A stretch of 61,261 nucleotides of DNA, filler included, from Barthelona sp. PAP020 (Eukaryota), in the NCBI GenBank assembly GCA_040182905.1. It is 3 parts of 3 records of this genome, joined end to end, with 100 filler letters (N's around TTAATTAATTAA, not from the genome) between each part and the next. Parts side by side here need not be neighbours in the genome. Positions count along the whole stretch, not along the records: positions 41,023 to 61,261 come from JARQWU010000191.1; 2 more parts are not named here. The stretch is one strand, 5' to 3'. A program made the position numbers and the translations under genes. Positions 58,601-61,261 of the stretch are shown here, piece after piece (the stretch's first letter is position 1; each line of letters starts with the position of its first letter). The notes beneath the pieces are model-generated. The model had not been told where the DNA came from. It made no database searches and saw nothing but the letters and a program-made list of their open reading frames with translations.

Positions 58601-61261
58601 TCACTGTTAAGAATATCAAAGAAAATTTGAGAAAAGTACCTTTCAGTGGTATTGGATATCTCTTGAACAAATATGTTTTAAATAACTTTTCTTGTGTTGA
58701 TCCTGAAATCACTTTTAATTATTTAGGTGTTATTGATGATGCTTCAAATTCCTCCAAAACTAATTCAAAACTATTCGACTTCAAGGATCTTGATTTAGGT
58801 GAAGATGTTGATGAAATAAATGGTTTAATGACACCCATCGTCTTCAATGCCCAAGTAATGAATGGACAATTGGAAATTTCGGTTGTTACTGATCTGTTGA
58901 GCCAATCAGAACTTGACAATTTGGTTGAAAGATTCGTAGAAAACATTGAATTATTAGCCGATGAATTGTGCAATTATTATGGTAAGACCCCTTCTGATTT
59001 GTCTATCAAATCATTGAATTATGAAGAATTAGACATATTAACTTCAGAAATAAAGGAAAAGTATGATGATGCATACACACTTTCACCTTTACAATTGGGA
59101 ATGTATTATCGTGAAATGGTTGGAAATTCAAGTGAATACTTTGTTCAGTCTGTTTACAAATTAAATGTAGCTTTTGAGATTAGTCATGAAATGATTCACA
59201 AAGCTTTATATGAAATGAGCAAACATCATAACGTTTTAAGAACTGGATTCATTCAACCAGCTTCTTTCGAAGTTCCATTACAAGTCGTTTATAGTGAACC
59301 TAAAATTCATGTAACCTCACAAATTCTGGTTCAAGATTCTGATTATATGACTGCGGTTCTTGATTATTTAGAATATGACAGACAAATTCCTCTTGAAATT
59401 GTCAGAACACCTTGGAGAATTAGTCTTCTTCATTGGGAAGGAAAAATGAACACCATGGTTCTTAGTTTCCATCATATGATCTTTGATGGATGGTCCTTGC
59501 CGGTATTTATGCAAGCTTTTGTCAATCAAATGCTGCAAATGAATAGTCTCATGTATAAACCAATGAAACCAAGCTTACCATATAGCTCTTACATCAAATG
59601 GATTGAAGAACAAGCAGTTGATAAAAGCAAAGAATTTTGGAGAAACTTCTTGAGTGGTGTTGAACATTGTCATTTCCCAACCCTTGGAAAAGAAACGGTT
59701 TCATATAAAGAGCCTGTTAGTGTATTGTTAAGTGAAAACGAAACCAATATGGTTGTTGAATATGCCAAAAAACTTGGTGTTACCCTCAATTCCATTGTGA
59801 TGGTGGCTTTTGCTTTTGTGTTGTCCAGATATTGTTCAACTGATAAACCTGTTTTTGGTTTGACTGTTTCCGGACGTTCTATTCCTTTAGAACCTATTGA
59901 CAATACAATGGGACCATTTATCAATACAGTTCCTTTCACTGTCGATTTTGAAGACAACAGTTCTCTCAAAGAGGTGATTTCAAAAACACATGGTGATATT
60001 GCAAACATCAATGAACATGCACATGTTACTATTTCTGATATCATGTCTTGGATAGGAAGAACTGGAGATTACTTTAACACTTTGTTTATTTTCGAGAATT
60101 TCTCAGAAGGAAATGCAGATTTCAATGGTACTTTTGATATTGATGCGGTTTACAATTATCAAGATACAGAATATCCTTTAGTTTGTATTGTGTCTCCTGG
60201 TGATAATTTACTTATTGAGTTGACACATAATCTCAATTTAACCTCAATAAAGGATATGCAAACATTTGGTCATTGCATGAAGAATTCTCTTTTGGCCATG
60301 TGTTCAAGACCTGAAAGTTTCTGCATTCAAGATATTTCAATGTATTCAAATCAGCAACGTAATGAATTGATTCAACAAGGAAAGAGACAACTTGCTAATA
60401 CTGAGTCTTTTATTTCAATGTTTGAAAGAAAGGTGACATCAATTCCCACAAATATTGCTGTTGTGGAAGAAGATGGAACAACACATTCATATGAAGACCT
60501 TTGGAATGTAAGTTTGAAAGTTTCCGGCTATTTGGATGAAATACAAGCTAGCAATGTTGTTGGTGTTGCAATGAACAGATCTTTTGAATTGGTTGCTTCT
60601 CGTATCGGGATTTTGATGTCTGGAAGAGCTTTCTGTCCTCTTGATCCCAAATTACCATTAGAACGTCTTAACTATATGATTAAAAAGGCTGAAATATCTC
60701 ATACTCTTTTGCATGATTCTACCAAACACATTAACTCTGTGGATTGCAGTTGTGTTTCATTTGATGATGCAAGAAAAGACTCCATTTCCACAATCAAAAA
60801 GGTTGGAGAAGAAAACCCTGCATATATCATTTTTACTTCAGGAACCACTGGTAAACCCAAAGGTGTTGTGTTGTCTCAAAAAGCTTTGAGTCATGCTGTT
60901 TATTTTGCTGTTGCTAATTATGTTAAAATTGGCACTCATGTTGGTTCATTTATGAACCCTTCATTCGATCCGACCATTTTGGAAACATTGGCCACCTTTG
61001 TTCATGGTGGTACATTATATATTTGTGGTGAAACAACTTTGTTGAATGCCAAACAATTCGGTCAGTTTGTTGAATCAAATGAGATTCAAATGTGTATTTT
61101 ACCTGTTGCACTGTTTGCTTCCTTCACTTCTGAAATTCCTGAGAAAATTAATTTGATGGATACTATTTTAGTTGGTGGTGAAGCTTATCATGCTTCATAT
61201 TCAAAAGATATTGATCATGCTGTCATCATCAATGGTTATGGTCCAACTGAAGTCGGTGTTC
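41023..61261 (+). CDS. Giant multimodular nonribosomal peptide synthetase, truncated at both ends (>=6746 aa; C'-A-T-C-A-T-C-A-T-C-A-T-E-C-A-T-E-C-A')
   Basis: Frame 1 from 41023 (SNETSYQQPRLQYYDYANW...) to the window end (...IINGYGPTEVGV). Six TSG(S/T)TGxPKG A3 motifs, five GG(H/D)S carrier motifs, five C-domain HHxxxD motifs and two E domains. The ORF track has no frame-1 call here, consistent with no in-frame stop. Confidence 0.97.
43729..46800 (+). other. NRPS module 2: C(LCL) - A2 - T2
   Basis: PLSFAQNRLWFL, MHHIISDGWS (44110); IFTSGTTGKPKG, FDAHIFE, NGYGPTE, YRTGD, NGKID; FFQLGGHSL (Ser 46684). Confidence 0.92.
46870..50010 (+). other. NRPS module 3: C(LCL) - A3 - T3
   Basis: PLSYSQQ, MHHFCSDGWS (47269); IYTSGSTGQPKG, FDPSVWE, NMFGATE, NGKYDR; FFELGGHSL (Ser 49903). 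Confidence 0.92.
50083..54480 (+). other. NRPS module 4: C(LCL) - A4 - T4 - E
   Basis: PLSLAQQRMHFL, THHIATDGWS (50476); LFTSGSTGKPKG, FDVSIGD, NTYGLTE, NGKIDR; FFQIGGDSI (Ser 53116). E domain: LSPIQ, YNQS, HHLIVDAVSW (53656), ESHGRE, TVGWFT, FNYLG. Confidence 0.93.
54577..58970 (+). other. NRPS module 5: C(DCL) - A5 - T5 - E
   Basis: PLTPMQ, YIEQ, SHHHALLDAWC, GLTMSGR, GLFINTLP; MYTSGSTGKPKG, FDISVEE, NLYGPTE, NGKIDK; FFQLGGDSI (Ser 57601). E domain: LPIQKWFF, FNQS, HHLIIDVVSW (58117), ESHGRD, TVGWFT, FNYLG. Confidence 0.93.
59071..61261 (+). other. NRPS module 6 (partial): C(DCL) - A6
   Basis: YTLSPLQLGM, YFVQ, FHHMIFDGWS (59470), FGLTVSGR, GPFINTVP; IFTSGTTGKPKG, FDPTILE, NGYGPTE; cut at the window end. 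Confidence 0.92.

Noticed and set aside
41997..60044. The many 60-124 aa ORFs listed within contig 3
   Set aside because: They are off-frame or antisense shadows of the continuous frame-1 NRPS and have no motifs of their own.
33546..61261. Activase/dehydratase gene as a tailoring enzyme clustered with the NRPS
   Set aside because: They are separated by an artificial spacer and lie on different contigs; no linkage is shown.
1..61261. CRISPR arrays, rRNA genes, transposases, alternative genetic code
   Set aside because: No repeat-spacer array, rRNA-like segment or transposase motif was seen, and long genes read through cleanly with the standard code.

Overview
AT-rich, gene-dense, apparently intron-free eukaryotic DNA, most likely from an anaerobic protist. 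It carries gamma-tubulin complex, Hook, CAP-Gly, GRIP-golgin, RING-H2, MYG1 and SWR1/p400-like genes, plus a bacterial-type O2-sensitive 2-hydroxyacyl-CoA dehydratase/activator fusion. The window is three unlinked contigs (1-20458, 20559-40922, 41023-61261; 20458, 20364 and 20239 bp) joined by artificial N44-TTAATTAATTAA-N44 spacers. The main result is that contig 3 is one uninterrupted + strand reading frame of at least 6746 codons, absent from the ORF track because no in-frame stop codon falls inside the window. It encodes part of a giant multimodular nonribosomal peptide synthetase: C'-A-T / C-A-T / C-A-T / C-A-T-E / C-A-T-E / C-A'. It has two epimerisation domains, an Orn/Dab-like A domain and several unfamiliar specificity codes, and its codon usage looks like the eukaryotic host's. 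Other notable items are a Walker-A/B-dead SWR1/p400-like pseudo-ATPase, a 432-bp element with 86-bp inverted ends, a tRNA-like RNA with an expanded anticodon loop, and extremely tight gene packing. All calls are by-eye motif recognition; no searches were run.
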